From contig JAFYEE010000075.1 in the NCBI GenBank assembly GCA_017544405.1, positions 3,613 through 67,612 on the forward strand: a stretch of DNA of 64,000 bases, given 5' to 3'. Every line of letters begins with the position of its first letter. Within the stretch, counting starts at the first letter, position 1. Of this stretch, positions 29,984-39,561 are shown one piece after another. Position numbers and translations under genes: made by a program. The stretch comes from Lachnospiraceae bacterium. GTDB lineage: Bacteria; Bacillota; Clostridia; Lachnospirales; Lachnospiraceae. The notes under the pieces were generated by a model, which did no database searches, was not told where the DNA came from, and was given only the letters and a program-made list of their open reading frames with translations.

Positions 29984-31645
29984 ATGATGAAAAAGCATAG
30001 TTTCCCTGTAAAAATGTATCGTAAATCCTTTGCCTGGCTCCTTCTGGCATCGCTCCTCCTGCTTACGGGCTGCGGGAAAGGCGCGGGCGAAGCTGCCCCG
30101 CAGGAAGCCGGGACCGGCTCTTCCCAGACGGTGGCTCCCGGAGAAGCCCGAACCGAAGAAGCGCCGGAGCCGATCACGCTGGACTGGTATGTGAACTATT
30201 CCTGGTTTGTCACCGGTTGGGGCGAGAACCTGGTCTCCCGCACGATCACGGAGGAGACCGGCGTCACGGTCAATTTCATTACGCCGATGGGCAATGAGGA
30301 GAACAAGCTCAACAGCCTCATCGATTCGGATTCCCTTCCGGATCTGATCACGCTCGGATGGTGGGAACCGCAGCTGCAGGATATCATCAGCCGCGGCATG
30401 GTCTATCCGTTAAATGAGCTGGCCGACCGGTACGATCCCGTCTTCTACGAGGTGACCCGCGAGGCCACCCGCAACTGGTATACCCAGAGTGACGGCAATC
30501 TCTACGGGTATCCCAATTCCTCCTACACGCCGGAGGATGTCGAGGAGAATGAGAACATCGGATCCAACCAGACCTTCCTCGTGCGCAAGGACATCTACGA
30601 AGCGCTCGGGGAACCGGACATGACGACGGTCGACGGATTCTATGACGCGGTGGTCAGAGCCACGGAGCTTTTTCCGGAGACAAACGGCTATCCGCTGATC
30701 CCGGTGGGAGCGCACGAATTCAACGAGGACGGAAATGTGTCCTTCGACCAGTACCTGCAGAATTTCCTTGCGATCCCCTACGAGCAAGGCGGCGTGAAGT
30801 ACGACCGCAATTCGGACCCGGAATACCTCCGGTGGCTGAAGATGTTCCGCCGGCTGGCTCAGGAGGGGTATCTGGCCAATGACATTTTCGTCGACCAGAG
30901 GACCCAGACCTCGGAGAAGATCAGCCAGGGACGGTATTTTTGCATGCTGTACCAGCGGACGGATATGGCCGATCAGGAAAAGCAGCTGTACCGGGATCAC
31001 CCGGAGATGATCTATATCGCCGTGGACGGACCGCGCAATGAAAACGGGGACGATCCGGTGCTGACCGTCAACGGTGTCAGCGGCTGGACCCTCACGATGA
31101 TCTCCAAAAGCTGTAAGGATCCGGAGCGGGCGATCAAGCTGATGGACTATCTGATGAGCGAGCACGGTCAGATGCTGACCTACCTTGGCGTGGAGGGCAT
31201 CACCTATGACATGGTGGATGGTAAGCCGGTCCTGAAGCCGGATGTGGCCGAGATGCTCAATTCCGATCGGGAGCAGTACGACGCGCTCTACGGTGCGGAC
31301 GATGCCTACTGGATGCTGCAGAACAATGCGATGCAGCTGCGCTGGCAGCCGGAGCTGCAGGAGCCGATGAAGCAGCTGGCGGAATGGACCTATCCGTACG
31401 CGACCTACGTCGGGCAGTACGATGTCAATATCCCCGAGGATACCGATCTGGGGCGGAGCTATTCCGCCACACGCAATCTCTGGGGCAAGACCCTTCCGCG
31501 TCTTTTGCTCGCCGCCTCGGACGAGGAATTTGATGCCGTCTTTGAACAGTACCTGAAGGATCGCGACGCGGTCGGCTATGCGGCCCTGATGGGGGAGGAG
31601 ACCCGTCAGATGCGGGAGAACAAGAAAAAACTCGGATTGGAGTAG
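29984..31645 (+). CDS. Second solute-binding lipoprotein (probable sensor partner of the kinase)
   Basis: Lipobox LLLTGC; ITEETGV, LPDLI, DGNLYGYPN, KDPERAIKLMDYL; start 29984 (alternative 30014); 9 nt before the kinase gene. Confidence 0.85.
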   Translation: MMKKHSFPVKMYRKSFAWLLLASLLLLTGCGKGAGEAAPQEAGTGSSQTVAPGEARTEEAPEPITLDWYVNYSWFVTGWGENLVSRTITEETGVTVNFITPMGNEENKLNSLIDSDSLPDLITLGWWEPQLQDIISRGMVYPLNELADRYDPVFYEVTREATRNWYTQSDGNLYGYPNSSYTPEDVEENENIGSNQTFLVRKDIYEALGEPDMTTVDGFYDAVVRATELFPETNGYPLIPVGAHEFNEDGNVSFDQYLQNFLAIPYEQGGVKYDRNSDPEYLRWLKMFRRLAQEGYLANDIFVDQRTQTSEKISQGRYFCMLYQRTDMADQEKQLYRDHPEMIYIAVDGPRNENGDDPVLTVNGVSGWTLTMISKSCKDPERAIKLMDYLMSEHGQMLTYLGVEGITYDMVDGKPVLKPDVAEMLNSDREQYDALYGADDAYWMLQNNAMQLRWQPELQEPMKQLAEWTYPYATYVGQYDVNIPEDTDLGRSYSATRNLWGKTLPRLLLAASDEEFDAVFEQYLKDRDAVGYAALMGEETRQMRENKKKLGLE

Positions 31646-31654
31646 AGAAAGATC

Positions 31655-33460
31655 ATGCCGGGAGGAGCACACAAGCGGAGATTAAAACTGAATCACAGAT
31701 TCACGCTGGTGATCCTGGCCTTTACGATGATCCCGATCATCGTCATGTCCGCTGTCCTTTTTTACAACCGGGAGCAGGATGTGATCGAGGAGAGCCACAG
31801 CTACATGGAGTACAAGATGGAGCGTGACGCGGCGCAGCTTTCCACCGGTATCGACTCGCTGAACATGTCGACGCGCTTTTTCGGGTCGGACGAGGAGCTC
31901 CTTTCTTTTCTGCGGAATGCGAGCGACGGGATCGTTCCGGACGCAAGAAGCCTTGTGGATTTCTATGATACCAAGATCGCGGAGCTCGAGCGCATGGTCA
32001 ACAACAACCCGCTGCTCTATTCCGTGCGCGTGTATTCCGTGGGCGACGTGCAGGAGATGATGCCGATCCTCTACAGCAAAAGCCGCATGAGCAAGCTCTC
32101 CTGGGCCGGCGGGGAGGATGTCACGGGGTGGCATTTCGGGTACATTGACACGCTTTTTTCTTCTCTGACCACCAAGCAGGAAAAAAAGCTTGCCGCACTT
32201 GTGACGGAGGTGTCGGATTACAGCCGCGGAACGATCGGCTATATCGAGGCGGTCATGCCGATGGAGACCCTCTTCCCCTCCCTCTACGAGGAGATTCCGG
32301 GGGAATGGTCCTTCTATGTGGACACGGAAGGAACGCTCCATTACGGGGATATCCAGCCGGCGCAGACGGAGGAGGTTCTCTCCGCAGTAGCGGAGGAAGC
32401 GGGCACGATCGATGCACCGAAGGTGATCTACCGGAAGCTGGGCGGCAATTTCTATACGATCACGGCCTACCCGGTGCGCACCTTCGGGGGCGTACTCTAC
32501 GGGGTCCAGGATGTGACGGAGGATGTGCGGGAGGTGTACAACCGCCGCAATCAGTATGTGGTCTTCATGGCGATCATGCTGGTCCTGGTGGCCCTGATGA
32601 TCGACGGGATCGTGCGCCGGATGCTGCGCCAGCTCTATTCCATCCTGCAGGATATTCACCGCGTGCAGAAGGGTGATCTGAACGTGCGTGTCGATGCGAG
32701 CGGGCAGGACGAGATGGCAGAGCTCGGCTCCCAGCTCAACACGATGCTCGACCGCATCCGGAGCCTGATGGAGGAAAACATCCAGCGGGAGGTCCTGGTG
32801 AAAAATTCCGAGATCCGTTCGCTGCAGAATCAGATCAATGCGCATTTTATCTACAATGTGCTCGAATCCATCAAGATGATGGCGGAGATCGATGAGGAGT
32901 ATGAGATCTCCGATTCCATCACCGCCCTGGGGAAGCTCCTCCGCTACAGCATGCGCTGGATCTCGGGGAACGCGGTTCTGCGCGATGAACTCGAGTACAT
33001 TCGCAATTATCTGACCCTGATCAATCTGCGGTATGATTTCGAGGTCATCCTGTCCGTGAATCTGCCGGAGGAGCTGCTGGATCAGGAGATCCCGAAGATG
33101 AGCCTGCAGCCCATCGTGGAAAACGCGGTGCTGCACGGGATCGAGCCGGTGGCGGAGGATACGACGGTCTACATCAAGGGCTGGGAGCGGGATGGTGAAT
33201 TTGTGATCGAAGTGACGGATTCCGGGCGCGGCATGACGCCGGAAGAGCTCGAACACCTCCGCGAGGGCATCCGCGGGAAGGTGCAGCCCGCCGGTGGCGG
33301 CAAGGGCAACGGGATCGGACTGAAGAACGTGGAGGACCGGATCCAGCTCAGCTTCGGCAAACAGTACGGTCTGGAAATCTATTCGGAGTATGGGAAGTAT
33401 ACAAAGGTGGCCATCCATCTGCCCAGGCAGAAGGCGGAAGGCGGGAGACAGAGCACATGA
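31655..33460 (+). CDS. YesM/LytS-type sensor histidine kinase
   Basis: 2 TM, HAMP, LQNQINAHFIYNVLE, LQPIVENAVLHG, DSGRGM, GIGLKNV. Confidence 0.93.
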   Translation: MPGGAHKRRLKLNHRFTLVILAFTMIPIIVMSAVLFYNREQDVIEESHSYMEYKMERDAAQLSTGIDSLNMSTRFFGSDEELLSFLRNASDGIVPDARSLVDFYDTKIAELERMVNNNPLLYSVRVYSVGDVQEMMPILYSKSRMSKLSWAGGEDVTGWHFGYIDTLFSSLTTKQEKKLAALVTEVSDYSRGTIGYIEAVMPMETLFPSLYEEIPGEWSFYVDTEGTLHYGDIQPAQTEEVLSAVAEEAGTIDAPKVIYRKLGGNFYTITAYPVRTFGGVLYGVQDVTEDVREVYNRRNQYVVFMAIMLVLVALMIDGIVRRMLRQLYSILQDIHRVQKGDLNVRVDASGQDEMAELGSQLNTMLDRIRSLMEENIQREVLVKNSEIRSLQNQINAHFIYNVLESIKMMAEIDEEYEISDSITALGKLLRYSMRWISGNAVLRDELEYIRNYLTLINLRYDFEVILSVNLPEELLDQEIPKMSLQPIVENAVLHGIEPVAEDTTVYIKGWERDGEFVIEVTDSGRGMTPEELEHLREGIRGKVQPAGGGKGNGIGLKNVEDRIQLSFGKQYGLEIYSEYGKYTKVAIHLPRQKAEGGRQST

Positions 33461-34920
33461 AGACACTCTTGATCGTAGAAGATGAGAAACTGATCCGGAA
33501 GGGGATCCGGACCATGGTACTGCGGAGCGGGGTCCCCGTGGATCTGATCCTGGAATGCAGCAACGGGGAGGAGGCGCTGGCCCTGCTAGGGGAGCGCCCG
33601 GTGGATGTGATGTTCACGGATATCCGTATGCAGCGCATGGACGGGATCGAACTGGTGCGGCGGGCCAGCGAACTCGAGCATCCGCCCCTGATGGTCGCCA
33701 TCAGCGGATTTGATGATTTTTCCTATGCCGTGGAGATGCTCCGGAGCGGGGTGCGTGAATATCTGTTAAAACCCGTGGAGCGGGACAAGATCACCCAGAT
33801 CCTGCAAAAGCTCGAGGGGGAGCTGCACTCACGGAGCGAGGCGGCGGTGCAGGAGAAGGAGATCAGTCTGCAGCAGCTGAGGACATTGCTCGCAGACACC
33901 GGGATCACGGAGGAGGAGCGCGAGACCATCGTCTCGCGGAACGAGCGGCTTTTCCCTTCCGGGGATTACCAGGTGGTATGTTATCCGGAGAGCGCCGCGG
34001 AGGAACCTGTCCCAGAGCTGACCGTGCGCGGGCTTCCCGGTGGAGCGTATTCCATTCTGACGCCGTTGCGTGCGGCCAATGTGCTGATGGATGAGCTCTC
34101 CGAAACAAAAGCCGGCGTCAGCGGGGTGCACCGGGGACTGCGTCAGCTTCCGGCGGCCTGCGCGGAGGCACTTGAGGCGCGCGGATACGCCTTTTGCCGG
34201 GGAGAGCATTTTCGCATGGAGGAGGATCGCCTGATGGCGGTTCCGACCCAGCTCAAGGAGAAGGCACGGGAGCTTCTGACGGAGGAATCCCGCACGAAGA
34301 GAGTACAGATCCTGGGGACGGACAAGACGGAGGAGATCATCGCGAGATGGCGCAATCTCATCCGCGCTGCGGCGAGTCTCCAGCTGAGCGTGACGGAGCT
34401 GACCCGGGAACTCGATGCGTCTCTTTCCGAGCTGCCGAAGGTGTATCGGGAGAATCTCACGCAGGAGGATCTGGAGAAGATCGGGCAGCTGATGCATCCG
34501 CTCCGCTTCACCGATCTGGAGACTTACGAGGAGATGCTGATGGACTGGATCCTGGAGCTCGGCGGAAGACTCGGCGCCCGCCCGGACGACAACGGCGTGC
34601 GGCAGAAGATCCTGCTGGCGCAGCAGTATGTCCGGGAAAATTTCCAGAGCGACCTCAACATGGCCGTCGTATCCAATTATGTCTCGATGAATTATTCGCT
34701 TTTTTCCTATTCCTTCAAGCAGATCACGGGGAGCAATTTTGTGACCTATCTGAAGGAGATCCGCATCCGGGAGGCGCAGCGCCTTCTGGCGGAGACCGAC
34801 ATGAAGATCATCGAGATCAGCCAGTGCGTCGGCTATGACAACGAAAAGCATTTCATGAAGACCTTCAAGGCCGTATGCGGCGTTTCGCCGAGCGAGTACC
34901 GCAAAAATGTGAACGGATAA
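33457..34920 (+). CDS. YesN-type response regulator (REC + AraC HTH)
   Basis: LIVEDE, TDIRM, YLLKP; C-terminal CVGYDNEKHFMKTFKAVCGVSPSEYR; 4-bp overlap with the kinase. Confidence 0.93.
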   Translation: MKTLLIVEDEKLIRKGIRTMVLRSGVPVDLILECSNGEEALALLGERPVDVMFTDIRMQRMDGIELVRRASELEHPPLMVAISGFDDFSYAVEMLRSGVREYLLKPVERDKITQILQKLEGELHSRSEAAVQEKEISLQQLRTLLADTGITEEERETIVSRNERLFPSGDYQVVCYPESAAEEPVPELTVRGLPGGAYSILTPLRAANVLMDELSETKAGVSGVHRGLRQLPAACAEALEARGYAFCRGEHFRMEEDRLMAVPTQLKEKARELLTEESRTKRVQILGTDKTEEIIARWRNLIRAAASLQLSVTELTRELDASLSELPKVYRENLTQEDLEKIGQLMHPLRFTDLETYEEMLMDWILELGGRLGARPDDNGVRQKILLAQQYVRENFQSDLNMAVVSNYVSMNYSLFSYSFKQITGSNFVTYLKEIRIREAQRLLAETDMKIIEISQCVGYDNEKHFMKTFKAVCGVSPSEYRKNVNG

Positions 34921-34927
34921 AAAACGT

Positions 34928-36820
34928 TCAGGTGCGGGTCTGTTTTTCCAGGTACATTTTGCGGTCGGCCTCCTGAAAGAGCTCCTCGAGGTCCTCGCTT
35001 TCCCTGCAGACGGCGCAGGCAAAACCGGCGCTGGCGCTCACCCGGTAGGGCTTGTCGCCCAGGCTGTTGTAATGGCCTAAGTACCTGCGGATCTTCTTCA
35101 GAATACTTTCCGCCTTTTCCTCGTCCCCGCACAGGAGGATGTTGAATTCGTCGCCTCCGATGCGGCCCATGAGCTCCGTCTCATTGCAGGACTGCCGGAT
35201 GGCCTGCCCGAGGATCTGAATCGCAAAATCGCCCTCGGCGTGGCCGTAGGTGTCATTGATGGCCTTGAGCTTGTTCATATCCAGATAGATCGCGCAGACC
35301 TTCGTGTCCTCCGGGAGCTTTTCGAGGAAGGAGGAGCGATGGTAGGCAAAGCCGTTCTTGTTCAGAAGCCCGGTCAGCGGATCCGTCATGTAGATCTCTT
35401 CGAGGCGCTCGCTCAGGGCTTCCGTTTTTTTGCGGTTTCGCAGGTTGTAGAGAAGCTGCGAGATGTTGACCAGCCACTGGATCAGCCAGAAGGGATAGGT
35501 GAGACGGTTGTCGCGGAAGGTCATGACGATGTATCCGTAGGTATCCTTGTGATGGTAGATCGGGGAGACGATCCGGGCAAATTCGCCCTCATCCGCGAGG
35601 AAATCCGGCAGCAGGCTGTCATTCTGGAAGGTGCACTGCGGGAGCCGCTTTCCGTCCTTCATAGCCAGCAGCAGTTCGATGCGGTCACTGGAGGGAGCCG
35701 GCTCCGAAGTCCCCTCGGTGAGCTCTCTGGTACGTCCGGACAGGCGATCCCAGTCTTCGGTCAGGCACAGGAAAAAGCCCGTGCAGTCCCGGATCTGCGC
35801 CGCAAAGTCGGCGATGTATTCCAGACCGTCCTCGAGCTCCACCGCGTGGGAAAAGGCGGAGGACATGCGGGCCGACGTGAGGATCGAGCGCTCGAGATCG
35901 ACGATGCGGTGCTCCAGGGCGTTCGAGTAAGGGTGCGGATTTTTGTCCCGGCGGTAGCTGCAGCCGCAGGAGCCGCCGTAGATCGCTTCCGCAAAGACGG
36001 TCGCCTGGTGGTACGACTTTCCCTTGATCAGCGTCAGCAGACTGTCCACGGAGGCACTGCCCAGCTCATAGATGGGATAGGACACGGTGGTAAGGGGCGG
36101 CATGTGATTCTGTCCCGCTTCGGAATTGTCGCAGCCGGTCAGCGCAAAATCCTCCGGGATCCGGTATCCCTCCTCCTCCGCCGCCTGCCAGAGCGCGAGA
36201 GCCATGGCGTCATTGTAGCAGATGACGGCATCCGGGAATGAGGTGCCGGCGCCTGTCAGATCGCGCAGCACCGCGCGGTAGGTTTCGTCGTCGTCGTAGA
36301 TATGGATCTCCGGGAAATCCTGCTCCCCGGGCGTAAGGCCGTGCTCCTGCAGGACGCGCCGTACCGCTTCGCTGCGAAGCCGGGAGATGTCCGGGGCATC
36401 CACATCGCCGAGGTAGCAGATGCGGGAGGCTCCGTGTACGGTGATCATATGCTCCGCAAGGGTGCCGGCCGTGATATTATTCTCCAGACTGATCCGCGGG
36501 AAGGAATACCCGGTATCCGCGACCTCGAGCACGGGCACCTGCCCCAGCGAGGCGATCCTGGCGCGGAGCTGTTCCCGCAGCTCCGGATTGGCATAGGTGC
36601 CGGAGGCGAAGATGATCCCGTCGAGATTGCGGTAGACGGGAAGCTGCAGGACACTTTCCTCGGTCGAGGAGAAGGTTCCCAGATTTTCCCCGTCATTCGT
36701 GGCGATCACCTGTGTCTGGTAGCCGTATTCCAGGGCGCGGTCGATGATGCCCTGACTCAGATTGTGCTGGTATTCTCCGTAAATGTGGGAGATGAAGAGA
36801 GCGATTTTTTTGTGGCGCAT
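34928..36820 (-). CDS. Diguanylate cyclase with N-terminal LacI-type sugar-binding domain
   Basis: PDAVICYNDAMA, IPEDFALTGCD, PLTTV, GSCGC; C-terminal DPLTGLLN, KAINDTYGHAEGD, RIGGDEF, ADRKMY; no HTH or TM. Confidence 0.9.
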   Translation of the reverse strand: MRHKKIALFISHIYGEYQHNLSQGIIDRALEYGYQTQVIATNDGENLGTFSSTEESVLQLPVYRNLDGIIFASGTYANPELREQLRARIASLGQVPVLEVADTGYSFPRISLENNITAGTLAEHMITVHGASRICYLGDVDAPDISRLRSEAVRRVLQEHGLTPGEQDFPEIHIYDDDETYRAVLRDLTGAGTSFPDAVICYNDAMALALWQAAEEEGYRIPEDFALTGCDNSEAGQNHMPPLTTVSYPIYELGSASVDSLLTLIKGKSYHQATVFAEAIYGGSCGCSYRRDKNPHPYSNALEHRIVDLERSILTSARMSSAFSHAVELEDGLEYIADFAAQIRDCTGFFLCLTEDWDRLSGRTRELTEGTSEPAPSSDRIELLLAMKDGKRLPQCTFQNDSLLPDFLADEGEFARIVSPIYHHKDTYGYIVMTFRDNRLTYPFWLIQWLVNISQLLYNLRNRKKTEALSERLEEIYMTDPLTGLLNKNGFAYHRSSFLEKLPEDTKVCAIYLDMNKLKAINDTYGHAEGDFAIQILGQAIRQSCNETELMGRIGGDEFNILLCGDEEKAESILKKIRRYLGHYNSLGDKPYRVSASAGFACAVCRESEDLEELFQEADRKMYLEKQTRT

Positions 36821-36905
36821 ACGTTACCTCTTGGTCTGTTACATCAAGTCATCCCGTGATCTTTGCAAGCAGGATCAACGGATGACCGGATGACCCTGCT
36901 TATAA

Positions 36906-36966
36906 CAAAAATTGACACGAAAACTAAAATAATTGGATAGAATCAGTGTAGCATATATTCTAGACT
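36906..36966 (+). promoter_or_regulatory. Putative activator site and -10 for GH3
   Basis: CAAAAATTGACACG with TAGACT 47 bp after the G. Confidence 0.5.
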
Positions 36967-37013
36967 TAAACAGAAAAATAAGGATAAATCTTCTGTGCAT
37001 GGAGGAAAGAAAA

Positions 37014-39425
37014 ATGAGAAGATGGGCCAGACCCTTGTATCAACCGAATCTGCCGCTGCGCGGGGACCGGAGAGTCACCGGAGGAGCGGAGCATGTCGCC
37101 TTATCCCGTGAGGCGGCCCAGGGCGGAATGGTGCTCCTGAAAAATGAGAACCGGACGCTGCCCCTTCCGGGCGGAAGCCGGATCGCACTCTTCGGAAAGG
37201 GCTGCTATGACTATGTCAAGGGCGGCGGCGGAAGCGGCGATGTCTTTGCCGCCGAGATCCATGATCTGCCGGAGGGACTGAAGCTGGCGGGCGCAGGGAT
37301 CTACGGTCCGCTGGAGGAATACTATCGCACGGATCTCCAAAAGCAGTATGAGGCCGGACGCGCCCCCGGTATGACGGAAGAGCCGGAGCTGCCCGCGGAT
37401 CTGCTGGAGCAGGCAAAGACCTTCGCATCCGTAGCCATCATCGGGATCAGCCGGTTTTCCGGCGAGGGATGGGACCGCTCGGATGTGGAATACGAACAGG
37501 ATTACAATCCCTGGGCTTCGGAGACGAGCATGCCGAAGCTGGCCGGGATGATCTATCCGAAGGGGGATTTCTACCTGACGGATGCCGAGCGCCGGATGGT
37601 GGATCTGGTCTGCGCGAATTTTTCCCGCGTGATCGTGGTACTGAATGTCGGCGGCATGGTCGAGACCGGCTGGATCCGGGACGATGCGAGGATCGGCGCT
37701 GCGCTGCTTGCATGGCAGGGCGGCATGGAGGGCGGCTGTGCGTCGGCGGACCTTCTGCTCGGCCTCGTGACTCCCAGCGGCCATCTGACCGATACCTTCG
37801 CCGACCGGCTCGAATCCTACCCGTCCACGGACTCCTTCCATGAGGCGGTGGAATATGCGGCCTATTATGAGGATATCTACGTCGGCTACCGCTATTTTGA
37901 GACGATTCCGGGAGCTGCCGAGCATGTGGTCTATCCCTTCGGTTACGGACTGTCCTACACGACCTTCTCCATGGAATGCGTCTCTTCGGAGAGGACCGGG
38001 GAGGAGATCCGTGTCGTGGTCCGCGTGAAGAATAACGGATCCTGTATCGGACGCTGCGTGGCGCAGCTCTATGTGTCCGCACCGCAGGGAAAGCTCGGGA
38101 AGCCGGGCCGCACCCTGGTCGCCTTTGCCAAGACCCGCAGCCTGACCTCCGGAGAAGCCGAGGAGCTGACGCTGCAGTTTACCCGCTATCAGCTCTCCTC
38201 CTACGATGATCTGGGACTGGTGCAGAAGTCGGCCTATGTCCTTGAGCCGGGCAAGTATCGTTTCTTTCTGGGAGAGAATATCCGGGATGCACAGGAGATC
38301 GATTTTCATCTGGACCTGGAGCGGGAGGAAGTCGTGCAGCAGCTGACCTCTCATCTGGCTCCGGTCAGTCTGGAGCGCAGACTCCGCGCGGACGGAAGCT
38401 ATGAGAACCTCCCGACCGGAGAAGCGCGCGATATCAACGCATGCCTCTTTGAGAAGATCCAGGGCGGCATGGAGGAGGCCATGGTTCCGGAGCAGCGGGG
38501 ACGGGAGTCCTACCGCCTGATCCATCCGTACGGCGAGAACGGACATCCGCTGGAGGAGGTCGCGGACGGGAAGATCACGATGGAGGACTTCCTGGCGCAG
38601 CTTTCGGACGATCAGCTGATTAGTCTCCTGGGCGGACAGCCCAATACCGGTGTCTCCAATACCTGGGGCTTCGGAAATCTGCCCGAGTATGGCGTACCCG
38701 GTGTGATGACAGCGGACGGACCTGCCGGCATCCGCATCGATCCCGCGACCGGGATCACGACGACGGCATGGCCCTGTGCGACGCTTCTGGCGTGCACCTG
38801 GGACACGGAGCTCGCGGAGCGCGTCGGACGTGCGGGCGGAGAGGAGCTCAAGGAGAACAATCTCTGCATCTGGCTGGCACCGGGAGTGAACATTCACCGC
38901 AGCCCGCTTTGCGGCAGGAACTTCGAATACTATTCGGAGGATCCCCTCATCGCCGGCAAGATCGGCGGCGCTCTGGTGCGCGGCATCCAGTCGGAGCATG
39001 TGGCGGCGAGCGTCAAGCATTTTGCGGCGAACAATAAGGAGACCAACCGTAAGCACAGCGATTCCCGCGTCTCGGAGCGCGCACTCAGGGAGATCTATCT
39101 GAAGGTATTCGAGATCATCGTTAAGGAGAGCGATCCTTACACGATCATGAGCGCATACAATGCCATCAACGGCGTGCGCTGCTCGGAGAACAAAGAGCTC
39201 CTGACGGATGTGCTGCGCGGCGAGTGGGGCTTTCAGGGCATGGTGACCACCGACTGGTGGAACCGGGCCGAGCATTACAAAGAGATTCTCGCGGGCAACG
39301 ATGTCAAGATGGCCAACGGCTATCCGGAACGCGTGAAGAAGGCGATGGAGCTGGGCGCAGTCACCAGACAGGATCTGGAAAGCTCTGCGCGCAGGGTGCT
39401 GGAGCTGATTCTGAAGATGGACTGA
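37014..39425 (+). CDS. GH3 beta-glucosidase with permuted domain order
   Basis: MVLLKNE..LPL and YPFGYGLSY come before the barrel motifs ADGPAGIR, GRNFEYYSEDP, KHFAAN, MVTTDW; RBS GGAGG. Confidence 0.9.
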   Translation: MRRWARPLYQPNLPLRGDRRVTGGAEHVALSREAAQGGMVLLKNENRTLPLPGGSRIALFGKGCYDYVKGGGGSGDVFAAEIHDLPEGLKLAGAGIYGPLEEYYRTDLQKQYEAGRAPGMTEEPELPADLLEQAKTFASVAIIGISRFSGEGWDRSDVEYEQDYNPWASETSMPKLAGMIYPKGDFYLTDAERRMVDLVCANFSRVIVVLNVGGMVETGWIRDDARIGAALLAWQGGMEGGCASADLLLGLVTPSGHLTDTFADRLESYPSTDSFHEAVEYAAYYEDIYVGYRYFETIPGAAEHVVYPFGYGLSYTTFSMECVSSERTGEEIRVVVRVKNNGSCIGRCVAQLYVSAPQGKLGKPGRTLVAFAKTRSLTSGEAEELTLQFTRYQLSSYDDLGLVQKSAYVLEPGKYRFFLGENIRDAQEIDFHLDLEREEVVQQLTSHLAPVSLERRLRADGSYENLPTGEARDINACLFEKIQGGMEEAMVPEQRGRESYRLIHPYGENGHPLEEVADGKITMEDFLAQLSDDQLISLLGGQPNTGVSNTWGFGNLPEYGVPGVMTADGPAGIRIDPATGITTTAWPCATLLACTWDTELAERVGRAGGEELKENNLCIWLAPGVNIHRSPLCGRNFEYYSEDPLIAGKIGGALVRGIQSEHVAASVKHFAANNKETNRKHSDSRVSERALREIYLKVFEIIVKESDPYTIMSAYNAINGVRCSENKELLTDVLRGEWGFQGMVTTDWWNRAEHYKEILAGNDVKMANGYPERVKKAMELGAVTRQDLESSARRVLELILKMD

Positions 39426-39450
39426 TCCGGTTTTGTTCCGTAAAAACGGG

Positions 39451-39487
39451 AGGGCAGAGGCTTTGGGCTTCTGCCCTTCTTCTCTTG
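39451..39487 (+). terminator. Intrinsic terminator
   Basis: AGGGCAGAGGC/GCTTCTGCCCT followed by a pyrimidine tract. Confidence 0.6.
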
Positions 39488-39561
39488 CTAAATCGGACGG
39501 AATCGCTTACAATCCTTATTTGGAAAGTGGGGGCCCCGGCTTCCGACACGGAAAAACGGAT

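Noticed and set aside
36912-36943. TTGACA/TAGAAT as a canonical GH3 promoter
   Set aside because: The spacer is 20 bp; the shared GACAC motif with TAGACT at 36961 fits better, though this is unproven.
37014-39425. Reversed GH3 domain order as a novelty
   Set aside because: Permuted GH3 beta-glucosidases are already known from rumen Firmicutes.
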